Shown: positions 10,248 to 23,379, numbered from the stretch's first letter. The stretch is DNA of 64,000 bases from Fistulifera solaris (GCA_030295235.1 AP026133.1:186001-250000), one strand, 5' to 3'. The notes: generated by a model from the sequence alone, not told the origin. Translations and numbers: made by a program.

Positions 10248-13200
10248 ATGGGTAAAAACAAGAAAAGAATCAAGACACCGGATACCACCTCCGGTGATGA
10301 CAACGATCTGTCTGATCAGTTTGAGACTCAGAATCTCGATGCCGATGGTCGTTCTCTTGATCCAGATCCTGGCACGAAGAAAGGAAACGAATCTGGTGAC
10401 AAAGAAGAATCGAAGAGGAACATGTTGAAGTGAAAGCCGAAGACACGGGACAAAGTGTCAAGGAAGAGAAACCGAAGGAATTAACTCCTTTCCAACACAT
10501 TATGTTCAATGTGTTCGAATCGCACAAGGATGACCCACTTTACAAGGCTTTGGTACACAACGGGATGGATACTTGCGTTCATTTGAAGTTCGACAACGAC
10601 CCACAGTACTTCACGTCGATTAGCTACGTCCGAAAAGGGAGATACTATTACACCGATTCCTGGAGCTATTATATCTTTTACAAGATTCTATCGATTCATC
10701 AAGTCACTTCCTCCCCGTGAATTTCGTGAATGAAGCAGCTTTCTTTGGCTTGACTCGCCGACATGTGGGAAGAGTTTCGATATAAAACCCACGGTGAATG
10801 GAACACTCCTGCTGAGCCAACTCCCGATGGGTATCGCACTCCTCGTATGGAATCTCCGACCAAGACTGCTCTGGCTCCGACAAAAGCAAATCTTCCAGAA
10901 GACCAAGCGTGAACGAGTCTGCCTTTATGGTTCTCAAGCACCAGAACCAATGGTTGGATTGGTACGATTCCACTCGTCGTCATGCGAACAATCAAGATTG
11001 CAGCACCGTTTTGGACCCAGACTACGTGCGGACACTGATGAGGACGAGGAACTGTTCAAATATCAGAAACGGTACATGTTGGCAGTGTTCAACACCATTC
11101 TTAAGACCGAGAAGAGTCGTCAAATCTTGAATGCCCACAACGATGATCAAGACGCTCAAGCTGTGTTTCGCGAAGTGGTGGAGTATTACACAAACTCGGG
11201 CGAATTCGGAGTTGACCGCGACAGGATCTGCTATCGAAATTGATGCAAGCTCGAATGCTAACGGACGGCAAAGGTATCCGATATGAAACTTACCTCCTCA
11301 AATTTCACGACAAGCTACGCTATTACGACTTCGTTGGTACCTCCGTCTGAACGACTCTCCCGATGCGATGAAGAAATCGCTTGTCATCAACTTGATCAAA
11401 GGAATTCCGTGCTTGATGAACGTTCGCAGTGGGGCCAATATCATGGGTGTTGGAACTGGTTCGAGTCTTACTTTCGACAAGTACATGGAAGGTTTGAATC
11501 TCGCACTTTTCGATCACGATGACTTGTATCGAGGAACTGGGAGTTCCAAGGGAAACAAGTTGATGGTTTACAACCATGTACTTTTCGGAGATGTGGAATG
11601 TGACACTGGTGGATTGTTGTCTCAAGACGACACGTATGAAGCATACATGGCGACTGGTCAAAGTGGATACTTTCCTAAGCTCACTCATGAGCAATGGTCG
11701 AAACTTACCGAGGATCTAAACGTTTGGGATCAGCTTTCCGATGCAGGCAAGTCTACTATCATGCATCGGATGACCACGGGCGTCGAAACCTCCGCCTCCG
11801 AAACGAAGTGAAAAGTACCCAGGCACACTCCGCAAAGTCAATTTCAACGATACAGATCTCAGCTCCGTTTCACTCGGAGACGTGTTGAATGCTTATGTCC
11901 ATGGTCGTGGCGACTCCTCTGAAGAAGACGAGGAAGAAGAATCGCCACCGATCGATGTCAATCAAGCCAACACCGGTACTGGACACGGCAAGAATGAAAA
12001 GTATCCGGCTCATCCGGCCTCTTTTCATCAAACGCTAGAGAAGAAAACGTTACCGAAGACTGGGGAGAACAGTACAGCGAACGTGGTGTCCATTTCAGTC
12101 GTCTCGAAGCGAATGCTGTACACACATATTCTGTCAGCAACCATCTTCTGGGAGACTCCAAGAAATCGTTGATCGATCGTGGAGCCAATGGTGGCGTTAG
12201 GGTGAGGACATGCGACTGATTCGTACAGTTCCTGACAGGTTTGTCGACATCCAAGGCATCGATAACCATCAGTTGCCAAAGGTTCCAATTGCTACTGTCG
12301 GTGGTGTTGTGAAGACACAAGTTGGGGAGCGGATTGCTATTTTCCACCAGTATGCCTACACAGGCCGTGGAGTCAGTATTCATTCTTCGGGACAGTTGGA
12401 ACACTACGGTCACAAGGTCGATGACCGTTCCGTCAAGGTCGGTGGAACTCAGCGCATTCTAACTCATGGGGGTACACCTTGCCACTCGTGATGGTCCGTG
12501 GTCTCTGTCGATTAGAAATCCGACCTTTCAGCGATAAAGAGTGGCGCGAATTGCCCCATATCTTCATGACCAGTGATGCTGAATGGACCCGAGTGTTCTT
12601 GACCACAAGATGGAAGAGAATGAGTGGATTGGCCCGCCTCCCCCGGCACTGGAAGACACGTCGAATCAAAATCTCTTCTGACGAGTTTGGCGAATACCGT
12701 GAATACATCGAGGTTCACATCACTGACAGCGTTGTTGCCACCGCTATTGCGCGAGTTGTTGCCAATGTTGTCATGTCTGTGCCGCCGTTCGACCCAGGAG
12801 AAGACTACGACCGAATGGATCCAGTCCAAGACATTGTAGATAGGTTGATTGTTGCCGATCTCGAGACGAATCCTTCTGTGCCACCAGAAGCCGCATTCCA
12901 ATCGATTGATCCGCCAGCTGATGCTTCGCCGTTGGTTCTTCCGGGAGAAAGAAACTGTCGACACCGACGACCCTCCTTTGATTGCCGACGATTTCCCCAA
13001 GCATGTTGTTACTTCGCAGCCTGATGTAAAATGCAAACCCATTGACATGGAACGCGTCCGCCCGATGCTTGCCTACCTTGGTTTTGATATCATCAAGGAG
13101 ACATTCGCACGAACCACTCAGTTTGCCCGCGAATACAACTCGCCGGTACTCCAGAAGATGTTCAAATCGCCTCATCCAGCGTTGAATGTGGCACGTCGCA

Positions 13201-16200
13201 AGGAAGCTATTGCCACGGATACGATCTATTCCAACACAAAGGCTCTAGGCAGCGGTGTCAAGCATGCCCAGTTGTTTGTTGGCGTCGATTCGTACGTCAT
13301 TGACATCTATCCCCTCAAGAACCAGGCGCAGTTTGCATCGGTCCTCTCGGATGTCATTCGCGAACGTGGAGCCCCGACTTCGGTTACTCAGTGACCAGGC
13401 CAAGGCTGAGATTGCTGACCGCGTCAAGGATATTCTTCGCACCCTCTTTATTGGAGACTGGCAAAGCGAAGGCGGATACCAGCATCAGAATTTTGCAGAG
13501 CGCCGAATCCAAGATGTGAAACGAATATGTGACATTGTCATGGACCGTTCTGGTGCGCCCGACGACCTTTGGTTGGAATGCCTTCTCTATGTGGCCGATA
13601 TCCTGAACCATACTTACAATCGGACCTTGAAGGATGTTCCGCTCCGTTTTCTCGGACGGGCGACACACCCGATATCAGTCCTTTCATTCGTTTTCGGTTC
13701 TACGAGAAGGTGTATTATCGCGTCGAGCATCACTCCTTTCCATCCGATTCACGTGAAGCCATGGGTTACTTTGTTGGTGTATCTAAAAATGTCGGTCATG
13801 CGATGACATTCAAGATTCTTACCATGGGGACTCGTCGGATCATCCACCGTTCCGCTGTTCGTTCTGCTTTGACGACTGATGATCCGAATCGTCGACGAAC
13901 TTCCTGGCGAGACATATGCGGATCGCCCCCACTGATACGGTTGATGGGGAGATGGCACCCCCTCCCTGATCGCAATCTTGTGTTGAACTCTCGCTTGGAG
14001 CTTGATGGGGAGCATGGGTCAAGCCGTGCCAGTGTGCCGATCTTGCATCCTGACGAACTGCTTGGACGCTCTTTCTTGCTCGACCAAGAGCAGCCCGAAG
14101 GACTCCGCTTCCGTGCCAAAGTCGTCAAGATTGAAGACGAGCTTGCGGAATCCGAAGCGATGTTCGAACGCGACCGCAACCGTATTCGATATCGTTGCTT
14201 GGTCAATGATGGGGAACGTGAAGAGACCTTGACCTATGGTCAAATCATGGACTATATCAACCGAGATACGGAGAATCCAACGGTATGGAAGTTTCGCAAG
14301 ATCGTGGATCATCAAGGACCTCTTGTCAAGGGCGACCCTGATTTCAAGGACTCGCCGTACAATGTAAAAAGTTGAATGGGAGAATGGGGAGGTCACTTGG
14401 GTGCCTTTGGACAAGTTCGCTCGTGAAGCACCGGTTGAATGTGCGATCTATGGCAAGGAGCACGACCTTCTTTACGAGAATGGTTGGCGTCGATTCCGCG
14501 CAATGGCAAAGAAGAAGGACAAGATCTTCGAACGGTTGGTGAAGCAAGCTAAGTTGCGTTCGCACAACACGGCACCTCGTTACAAGTACGGCATCGAGAT
14601 TCCGCGGAACTTCTTGCATGCTATCTTGTTGGACGAACGCAATGGTAACACCAAGTGGATGGATGCTACCCGGCTGGAGTCCGAGTCGATGCATGACTAT
14701 TCGACTTTTCGTGACTGTGGGCACAAGGATAAAGTTCGGCCACCTGAAGGGTACAAGAAGATTCGAGTTCACTTTGTTTATGACGTCAAGCATGACGGGC
14801 GTCACAAAGCTTCGCCTCGTTGCCGACGGGCATCTTACGGATATCCCCTTGGACAGTGTTTATGCAGGTGTCGTCACCTTGAAAGGGATTCGTTTGGTGA
14901 TGTTTCTCGCAGAGTTGAATGGTCTCGAGCTGTACGCGACGGATGTTGGAAATGCATACTTGGAGGCAAAGACCCGCGAAAAAGTCTATATTATCGCCGG
15001 TCTGGAGTTTGGTGCTTTGGAAGGTCACATTTTAGTGATCTACAAAGCGTTGTATGGTTTACGCTTCGAGCAATTATCGTTGGGCCGAACGTCTGGCCGA
15101 TGTGCTTCGTGAGTTGGGATTCTTTCCGTCAAAATCGGAACCGGATGTCTGGATGCGTCGTTGTGAGGACCACTACGAATACGTTGCAGTGTACGTGGAC
15201 GACTTGTTGATTGTTTCGAAGCAACCGATGTTGATTGTCGAGGATTTGAAGTTGAAGTATGGTTTCAAGCTTAAAGGCACTGGACCGGTCTCCTTTCACC
15301 TCGGAATGAACTTTTGTCGTGATGCGGCGTGTTGAGCTACTCGCCTACAAAGTACTTGGAACGATTGTTTGCTAACTACGAGAACTTGTTCGGTCAAAAG
15401 CCTCGCAACTATCAGTCGCCGCTAGAACCGAACGACCACCCGGAGTTGGACACGACGGGGTTCCTGGACGATGAGAAGACAAAGATGTACCAGTCGTTGG
15501 TCGGATCGTTGCAGTGGCTTGTCACCATCGGACGGATCGACATTTTCACAGCGGTCATGACTCTCTCTGCTTTCCGTGCGCAGCCTCGATTTGGACATTT
15601 GGATCGCATCAAGCGTATCTACGGTTACTTGTACAAGTTTCGTCACTCCGCGAATTCGCGTCGATGTCTCGGAACCTGACTACAGTAAGTTGCCAGCGAT
15701 TGTCCACGATTGGGACTATTCAGTCTATGGAGACGTGGAAGAGCAGATTCCGCATGACGTGCCTGAAACCTTGGGAAAGCCGGTTTTGACTACAACGTAC
15801 GTGGATGCTAATTTGTATCACGACATGGTGACGGGGAAGTCGGTCACTGGTATACTACACATGGTCAACAATACGCCGTATGAGTGGTATAGCAAGAAGC
15901 AAGCGACGGTTGAAACGGCTACTTATGGAAGTGAGTTCAGCGCCGCACGTACTGCTGTGGAGCAGATTACTGATCTCACGCTTTGACATTGCAATACTTG
16001 GGTGTTCCAGTTCGGAAGACGAGCTACCTGTTTGGCGACAACAAGTCTGTGGTCGATAGCCGTCGCTCCCTGGCTCGAAGCTGCACAAGCGTCACACCAT
16101 GTTGTCGTACCATCGGGTTCGTGAGGCCATTGCAGCAGGCATGATTGAGTTTCATTACATCCCTGGAGAGTTGAATGGAGCTGATCTTCTTAGCAAGCAT

Positions 16201-16303
16201 TGGTCCTACAGCCAAGGTATGGAAAACCTTGCTTCGTCCCTTATTGTTCCTAGTCGGTGGCAAGCCTAGTGACGATGAGGAGGACAATGCGATGGAAGCC
16301 TGA
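10248..16303 (+). CDS. Copia gag-pol polyprotein (many 1-bp frameshifts)
   Basis: Protease LIDRGANGG (~12170); integrase ATDTIYS / LSDQAKAE / HQNFAERRIQDVK; RT YDVKHDGRHK, ATDVGNAYLEA, KALYGL and YVDDLL; RNase H YVDANLYHD...KSVTG...WYSKKQATVETATYGSEF. Confidence 0.9.
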
Positions 16304-16392
16304 CAACTAATGTTGTCAATGGATGGGGAGGATGTGCGGAGGGCACTTTATTTACATATTTACATTGGGACCCTTTGTGTGTGTTGCCTTTT

Positions 16393-16406
16393 GGAAAAAT
16401 GGGGAG
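16393..16406 (+). promoter_or_regulatory. Polypurine tract
   Basis: GGAAAAATGGGGAG immediately precedes the 3' LTR. Confidence 0.85.
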
Positions 16407-16809
16407 TGACAGATAGTTGGATCACTCACGACTCCTTTTTTGAGTCGCGGTCATTGGGTTTTTCCGCAAGACAACGCTGTGACACAAACAGTATGTCTAA
16501 CACGGATTGAGGATTTTTGATTCGGGAGTATCACAGTTTCTCGGCGTAGATAAACGAGCTTTCTAATCACAATATTTTGATCTGTCTTTGCCTCGTTATT
16601 CGTTTATTCGTTTACCGCCTTGTGTTTCTCCCCTTTGCGTTGGAGGAGCACTTGTTGACCGATTGTAATACACTATACCCCTCCTGGATAGTGTGCTGAA
16701 GCGTAGGGTCGCGCCTACTTTCCTCTCGTTCGATTGTTGTTGTCTCTCCCGTTTGGTCGAGGGTGACTAACGATTACAACAGAGGTGCAATTCCTTTGAG
16801 TAATTGTTA
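16407..16809 (+). repeat. 3' LTR (403 bp)
   Basis: Copy of the 5' LTR, followed by the TSD TACCT. Confidence 0.96.
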
Positions 16810-17842
16810 TACCTTCTACCTTCTACTCTTCTACTTGTACTAGAGTCTAACTACTAACTACTGAGTATCCAGTTTCCATTATTGGCTGGATCCGTTCTTA
16901 TTTATGCCTCTCACGAAATGAAAATCAAAATAAAATGGCTTCGTGCTGAGTGCTGAGTGCCAAGTGCTGGTTGCTGGTTGCTGACTGTCTGATTTTTGAA
17001 TCTTCAATCATACATTATCCATTATAGCCATTTCTAATATTATTCTTGTGATACAGCATCGGATACCAACTACCGGTACTGAACTCTACCACATCGTATT
17101 AGTAATTATTATGTATGCAAAGCAAGCTGGCATGAGGATGTGACGCCTGAACTTTGTATTTTCGTTTGTGACTCGTGACACGGACTACGGATTACGGATT
17201 GTCGAGCCACCATCCACAACGTCACAACTAGCCACTACTCTACACACAGCCACTACCCTGTACGTTGTACGTGGTAGTCGAACGTTGTACTTACGGAGTA
17301 TTACTTACTAAGTACTACTTAGTTTGTTAAATGTTAAATCTAAAAGATTTAAACCACTAGCCACGTCAGCCGTACAAAGTAAACAGAGGGCATAAGATTG
17401 TTGACTTGAAGGCTTGTGGTACTGTCACAGTGCGTGCAGTGCGTGCGGCGTGCGGCGCCTGAGTTCCGAGGGCAAGGTACGGTACCGGTACGAGGTACTG
17501 GTAACAAGCTAATCGGCAATTCGCCAACAAGCCACGGAGTAAATTATTTACGGAGTATATAAAAGGTCTGTCACTTGGGCATAACGATTTTTCCGTTCAA
17601 CTATTTCGAATAAATTAGCTACTTTATTCTTTTAGAGTCGTCCTTTGTTTGAAACCGAGGATTTGGTTGGACTTGGACGGCAATCGATACGTCACAAAGT
17701 CTCGATTCGCGACCCATCCATCCGCAGCAATGCATTGCATATTGCATCATTGTTCGTATTCTGCTGTTGTTGGAGTTGTAAACCAACTACATTTGATTAG
17801 TTAAATTCACAGTCGATGCTAATACAATAACGGGTTCATTAA

Positions 17843-18253
17843 ATGAGAGAAATAATCGATATGAGCAGTCACCCGACGCCTATCATGCGTCCTGCGAGCT
17901 TCGATATGTTGACCGATCAAGATCTAGACCAAAGCGAATTTCTACCGATCTCAGACGAAGAAATTTCTCGCTTTCTGGAGGATCAAATAAGTTTAAATGC
18001 TGACAAAGAACGCGTTGAGAATAGCAGTCATGGAGATTCTTTGACGAGCCATCGCGTTACGCCTTCGGAGACAACCTTCGATAAAAAGCGAGCCGGCCGT
18101 GACGCAACCAGCTCGTCGGTCAAGCCTCCAGATCATAAAAAAGACACGGTGTTTAGAGTGTCATGTCAAGAACTTGAGCCTTATTTTCGAAGCATTGAGC
18201 GCCAGTTGACGATATTGTTGGAGGTTTCTAGTGCAATCTATGTAAATGATTGA
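17843..18253 (+). CDS. Hypothetical protein, 136 aa
   Basis: ATG-initiated ORF with protein-like composition between AT-rich flanks; no recognised domain. Confidence 0.45.
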   Translation: MREIIDMSSHPTPIMRPASFDMLTDQDLDQSEFLPISDEEISRFLEDQISLNADKERVENSSHGDSLTSHRVTPSETTFDKKRAGRDATSSSVKPPDHKKDTVFRVSCQELEPYFRSIERQLTILLEVSSAIYVND

Positions 18254-18382
18254 CCACCAGGTATGCTAACAAATGCGATTGTGAATAAGAAAATAGCTTT
18301 CTCTAATAAAGCAACATAATTATCTATTTTAACACGCACGTATAATGAAACGTCATCTGTTTTAATATTGCTTCATTACAAA

Positions 18383-20033
18383 CTACAAATCCTCCTCCAG
18401 TACGCGTTCCGCTATGGGCCTCCAAAGTTTCGCCACACTCCTCGGTTGATGAAGAGCATGACAGAGTCCTCGTAACAGAATCGATGCGCGACCAACCATG
18501 AGATAATCTTTGGGAAATGTAATGATTTGATCGGCGGCTTGTAATTCTTCCATAAATAATTGGATGTGCTTCCCACCCGTGAGTCGTTCTTCGTCGTAGG
18601 CGACTACGGCATATTTGTACAGACACTCGGGAATCATATTACCGGACTGATAGCCAGCGGACTGGGTCAACCGGACTATTTCGGAAAAATTGTCGTCATC
18701 GAGAGCAATGACCAATCTACAAAATAGATGCCGCTGTTCCTTCGACAAACGCTTCACTTGTCCAAAATCAATCAACCCCAAGACTGGCGCTTCATTCTTT
18801 CCATAATAGCATAAGAGAATGTTACCTGGATGAGGGTCCCCGTTGAAAAAGCCATCGACCAACACCTGCTGCCCATGGATACGAATCACGTCGTCCACCA
18901 GTTGCGCGTGATTCAACGGCAAAGTGTTTCGGTCTCGGTAATTCATCCAAACTTGTCCCGGTAACCATCCGACGCTCATATTATACAGTCTCGCTCGAAG
19001 GTTATGCCACCGGCGTTTCATATCTTCCATCTGAATCCAGTATGAATATTGACGATTGCTCACAAACGGAATCTTGGATTTTTCTACGTACCGTTCTTGT
19101 TCCTGCACATACTCTTTGACGGACTTTTCCCGCCATTGACGCTTGCTGTTCGACTTCTCGTTTTAATGCTGCTGCCAATTTCTCACCGGGAAGATATTCC
19201 ATCACCAAAACACGCTTGGTACAATGCGCCAGGAGAGGTTTGGGGACGACGCAGGGCATATTCGCTTTCAACATATTCTGTCGGACCGTCTCCATATTCA
19301 TGGCTTCTTGTCGGTAATCGAATTCCGTCTGAAACTGATGTTCCATTTCCTGCAAAGCGGGAACATGTACCGGTTGCGCCACTTGACAAAACAAGGTCAT
19401 GGTCCGTACATCGCCGCGCAGCAAACGTTCGACGTGTGGATAACATACTTTCACCACGACCGGTTCTCCGGTACTTTTCAAGACGGCCTTGTGGACTTGT
19501 CCAATGGAAGCCGATCCGATGGGAACCGGGTCGATTTGCGCAAACAAATCCCGCCATTGCGGCATTTCTTCGTCCAGTATGGATGTAATAACAGAAAACG
19601 GTAAAGCCGGAACTTGATCTTGCAAGGGGTGCATCGTCTCTTGCCAAATGACCGGAAAAGCATCACCAATATTCGCGGCAGCCATTTGACCGCATTTAAT
19701 GTAAAATCCCTGTAATTGCAGTATCTTTTCGAGCGCTTGTTGCGAAGCTTTCTGATCCAAGGCATCCCACGTTTCTTGCGGTGATTGTCGAAACAAATGA
19801 TAACGATACACGACATACCACGGAATAGCGAACGAATAAAATTGAATGCTGCGCACGAGGCCTTCTACCGTACCTCCGACTAAATCGTAATAGTAGTAAC
19901 CTGCTCCGCATAAGACGAAAGCCGCCGTTGTCGTTTTCGAAAAATACGGTTGCGACGGCTCCCGTTTCTCTGTTGAGAACCGTCGCGCGATGATGCGCTT
20001 TGCGACCATGGAATGTCTCGTTCTTCGAATCAT
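18383..20033 (-). CDS. ABC1/AarF family kinase (ADCK-like); 1-bp frameshift near 19120
   Basis: Motifs LQGFYIKCGQ, LQDQVP, IGSASIGQVHKA, VVVKV, EFDYRQEA, FFNGDPHPGNILL and LIDFGQVK. Confidence 0.9.
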
Positions 20034-20418
20034 TCTTTATTTATGTAATGTAATAAACAATATAATGAGACAAAAATACTATCAGATAACATTAGGATGA
20101 TGAACCCCGTCATTTTGAACTGTTTTCGCTTTCATTTCTCATCGTCGTCGTTTTTTTCTTGTTTTCGCCATTGCTGAATCGTATCGGTACTGAATGACGT
20201 TACCACGTCCGGTGGGCGCGGTTCGAATTATTTTTCGGTGCACGAAAAAAAGGCGGAGCAAAGCGTTGAAAAAAAGACTTTCGCGGATTTTCCAGAGTAC
20301 CAAGTCATCTGCAAGCACACAAAGCTGTGAGTTGATCGTTTTTCTTGGAGAAGACTGGCGTGCGAAAATCTCCTCTTTTCATGAGGCGGATATTATTGAT
20401 GAGAAGCAAGTCGAAACG

Positions 20419-21383
20419 ATGAGAAGAACAGTAATAGCACTGATTTCCGCCGTGATCTTGAAATTCGCCAGTGTGGAAGCCTATTTGTACGAATGTCGAC
20501 TTCCCGATGCCATCATCGAACTACAACACGACCCTGTGACGGACTCTTACATAATAGAGTCGAACACTGTCAATAACACCAACAATAAACGGCGTCTATC
20601 GATGGAAGAACTCGAAAACAAGAGCGAGACGAATCGAGCTCGCTCTTGCGACTGTTTTTCCAGTTACGACGTGGAACCGTTCTACTGCCCCGCACAGTTT
20701 CAATTTTGCGGGGCGTCTCCTTCCAGTGCGAGCTTTGGCTGTTTCAACGCATCGCCCTATCAAGACATTGCGAGCAATGTCTTGTTTGTCGCGTCCGCTT
20801 GTGTGTGTGCGGTATTTGCTTGGGTACTCCTCAGTGAGCCCGGCAAGCACGTCCGCAATTGTGTGATGAGTCAAGTGGCTCCCCAATGGAACGACCATAT
20901 CGTGTCGAACTTGTTACGTCAATATCCCGAACGAGCGTTGCATATGATGCGTTTGCATTTGCGGTATCAAACGCGGGACTCTCAACAAGAATGGATTTTG
21001 GACGCGAATGCCGTTCGTCAACTAATGCTCGATCTAGACAGTCCCTGGTTGACGAATAACAAACCAGAAGATGGGATACGGCCGGTGGCGTTAAAGTTAA
21101 AAACATGCGTGTACCAATCAGAGAAAAGAAACCAGCGCCAACTCACGTGGGCGACGAAGAAGATAGTTTTGATGACTGTGCGATTTGCTATCAGGATCTG
21201 GTGAATGGTGATAGGGTAGGGGCGCTCGTGTGTGGGCACAAATTTCACTCGGCTTGTCTCAAAGAATGGTGTGCTCGCCGCAATGCATGCCCTTTGTGTA
21301 ATTGCAAGAAAATCGCCGCGCCTCAATATCAGAACAATCCACAAGCTATAGTAGCCGACCTACGTCGCAACCTAAGAATATGA
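20419..21383 (+). CDS. Signal peptide + Cys-rich luminal domain + TM + RING-H2 E3 ligase (frameshift near 21125)
   Basis: MRRTVIALISAVILKFASVEA; RSCDC...YCP...C...C; TM helix; CAICYQDL...DRVGALVCGHKFHSACLKEWCARRNACPLC. Confidence 0.85.
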
Positions 21384-21972
21384 CCTTGCACTCATCTTGG
21401 CGAGATCATTTGCTTTCAGTCGGCGAGGAAAGTCTCTTATAACATTTGTTGTAAATTGTTGATAGCAAGCATACCAGATAGCTGAATTGTATAGTCCGCT
21501 ATTTATCCATTAAGCTCAACTAGACCTCAATGGAGAATGCTATGTTGTAAGCGAAAGAAAGATAGGTTTCCTGGCTTGAATGAAATGAGATGAAATGAGA
21601 AGGGATGGAATGGAATGGAATGGAGTCTCTCTCTACTAAACATTCCGTCAGCATCTTGTCTAAGGTACCGTATACGGAACATCCGTAATACTACCAGGAA
21701 GGACTCAAGGCAACACGGGATTCACGGGTACCGGTACATGGACATGTGTTTGTACGTGAAGCATCGTCTTTTTGAAAAGGAGAAAGACCACGTCATGCTG
21801 ACGTGGATCATGTTCTCAAGCAAAAGTTTCGCAAGATTGCGCCGTGACGATATTGTTATGGTTCATCATAAAACCATCACTGATCTCTTTTTCACAAAGG
21901 ACTTTCCACAGTTTTTCCTCCGTCTTTTTCAGATTTAGAGATCTATTCCATGTATTGATCTGGTAGCAAGGA

Positions 21973-23120
21973 ATGCCGGGGACTTGGCGCCTTTTCTTAG
22001 CTGGACTGTTATGCATAACGGTACCCATCTCGGAAGCTTACTTTTCGCGCTATCAGGATTCTTGCTGGATGAATGATGAACCCACTCGTTTGCAATTCAA
22101 TGAAACGTCCGGTGAATACTATGAAGCAAACAGTTCGTCCAATTTTCTGACGAGGCTGCCTGAAGCGACACTATCGATCGAAGCACGCAGCTGCACTTGC
22201 TTCAACCAAACCACTGCTTACTGTCCAGTGTTCTTAGAAACATGTGATAGCAAATCAGAGTCAGCGCACTGCCTCGGGGCGAGTCCCTACCGGAGCGGAT
22301 TGCGGCGGATTATGTTTGTTGGTCTTCTCTGGACTCTCGGTCTTATAGCTTTACTACTCTTTTCAAGTTATGGCATCGATATTTTGAACTTGCTTGTCAG
22401 CCTGATTATTCCAAAATACAACAACTTTTTGGCAGAGAGACGTCCTGACACATTCAGCAAGTGAGAGACAAATGGATAGGAGGCCACACGTTTCTTCGCA
22501 CTGACATACACGCTGATTACATCTTTGACGCCGAAGGTGATCAGCTTTGCCAAATTAGCTCTGAAACTTCCAGAAACCAGAAACATCCATTCATTGTCAA
22601 ATGGAGAAACTATGAATGCTGGAATCTGTAGGGCCAAAGCCGAATTTTGACAAGGAATCCTGAGAAGGCTGTGCTCTTAATGACAGAAAATATTCGGTTT
22701 CGCCATCACATGCGCCGACGGCAACCCGGTACCGATCCAGAGTGGCGGGACGATGCTTGTGCGGTTCGTCAGCTGCGCCTTTCCCGGCAATTACAGCAAC
22801 TACCCGTCACCAAAGAAACAGCAGCGCTGCGATTGAAAACTCGAATCTACAAGGACATGGCTGATAAGCGAGTGGAAGACACGAAAGCCCACAGCGATGA
22901 TGAGGTCGATGAATGCGCCATCTGTTACCAAGAGCTGCGTACCGGAGATCGTGTGGGAGATATACCGTGTGGGCATACATTTCATGCGGATTGTCTCAAA
23001 ACATGGTGTGTGCGCCGCAATGCGTGTCCGTTTTGTCAAAGAACCAACATTGCGAAGCCGATGCGGCGTATAACTCGTGTGCGGGAAGATAACATCGCTA
23101 CCGAAGGAACCTCATTGTGA
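21973..23120 (+). CDS. Tandem paralog TM RING-H2 E3 ligase, interrupted by a ~200 bp insert or intron (~22438-22640)
   Basis: Same architecture (RSCTC...YCP; TM; ALRLKT; CAICYQEL...DRVGDIPCGHTFHADCLKTWCVRRNACPFC). Confidence 0.8.
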
Positions 23121-23379
23121 ACAACTCGAATGCCTGGAACGCTTTTTCAGGGCCTAAGTGTATTTAAAAATGTTATTTTTTACACTTTTGCATTGCTTGG
23201 CTTTAGATATGAAGAGGCTTTTTTTGTGCTAGTTGCGGCAATGTGATCGAATGGTATCTTTGGTCTGTCGTATACACGTCGGTATTTTTATGGTTTTGAC
23301 ATTTTCGATCTCTTTTGAGCGCAAACGAAATAACCAAGGTCAGAATGTCTTTCATTCTCTCTTCTCCCAACTACTAAGG

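Larger units (their letters stand above)
9737..16809 (+). mobile_element. Full-length Ty1/copia LTR retrotransposon (diatom CoDi-like), very recent insertion
   Basis: Direct LTRs at 9737-10142 and 16407-16809; 5-bp TSD TACCT at 9732-9736 and 16810-16814; polypurine tract at 16393-16406; internal order gag-PR-IN-RT-RH. Confidence 0.97.

Noticed and set aside
10248..16303. Programmed frameshifting or true decay of gag-pol
   Set aside because: Cannot be distinguished from assembly indels, and near-identical LTRs argue against decay
21575..21625. GAAAT/GGAAT pentamer run
   Set aside because: Ordinary degenerate microsatellite
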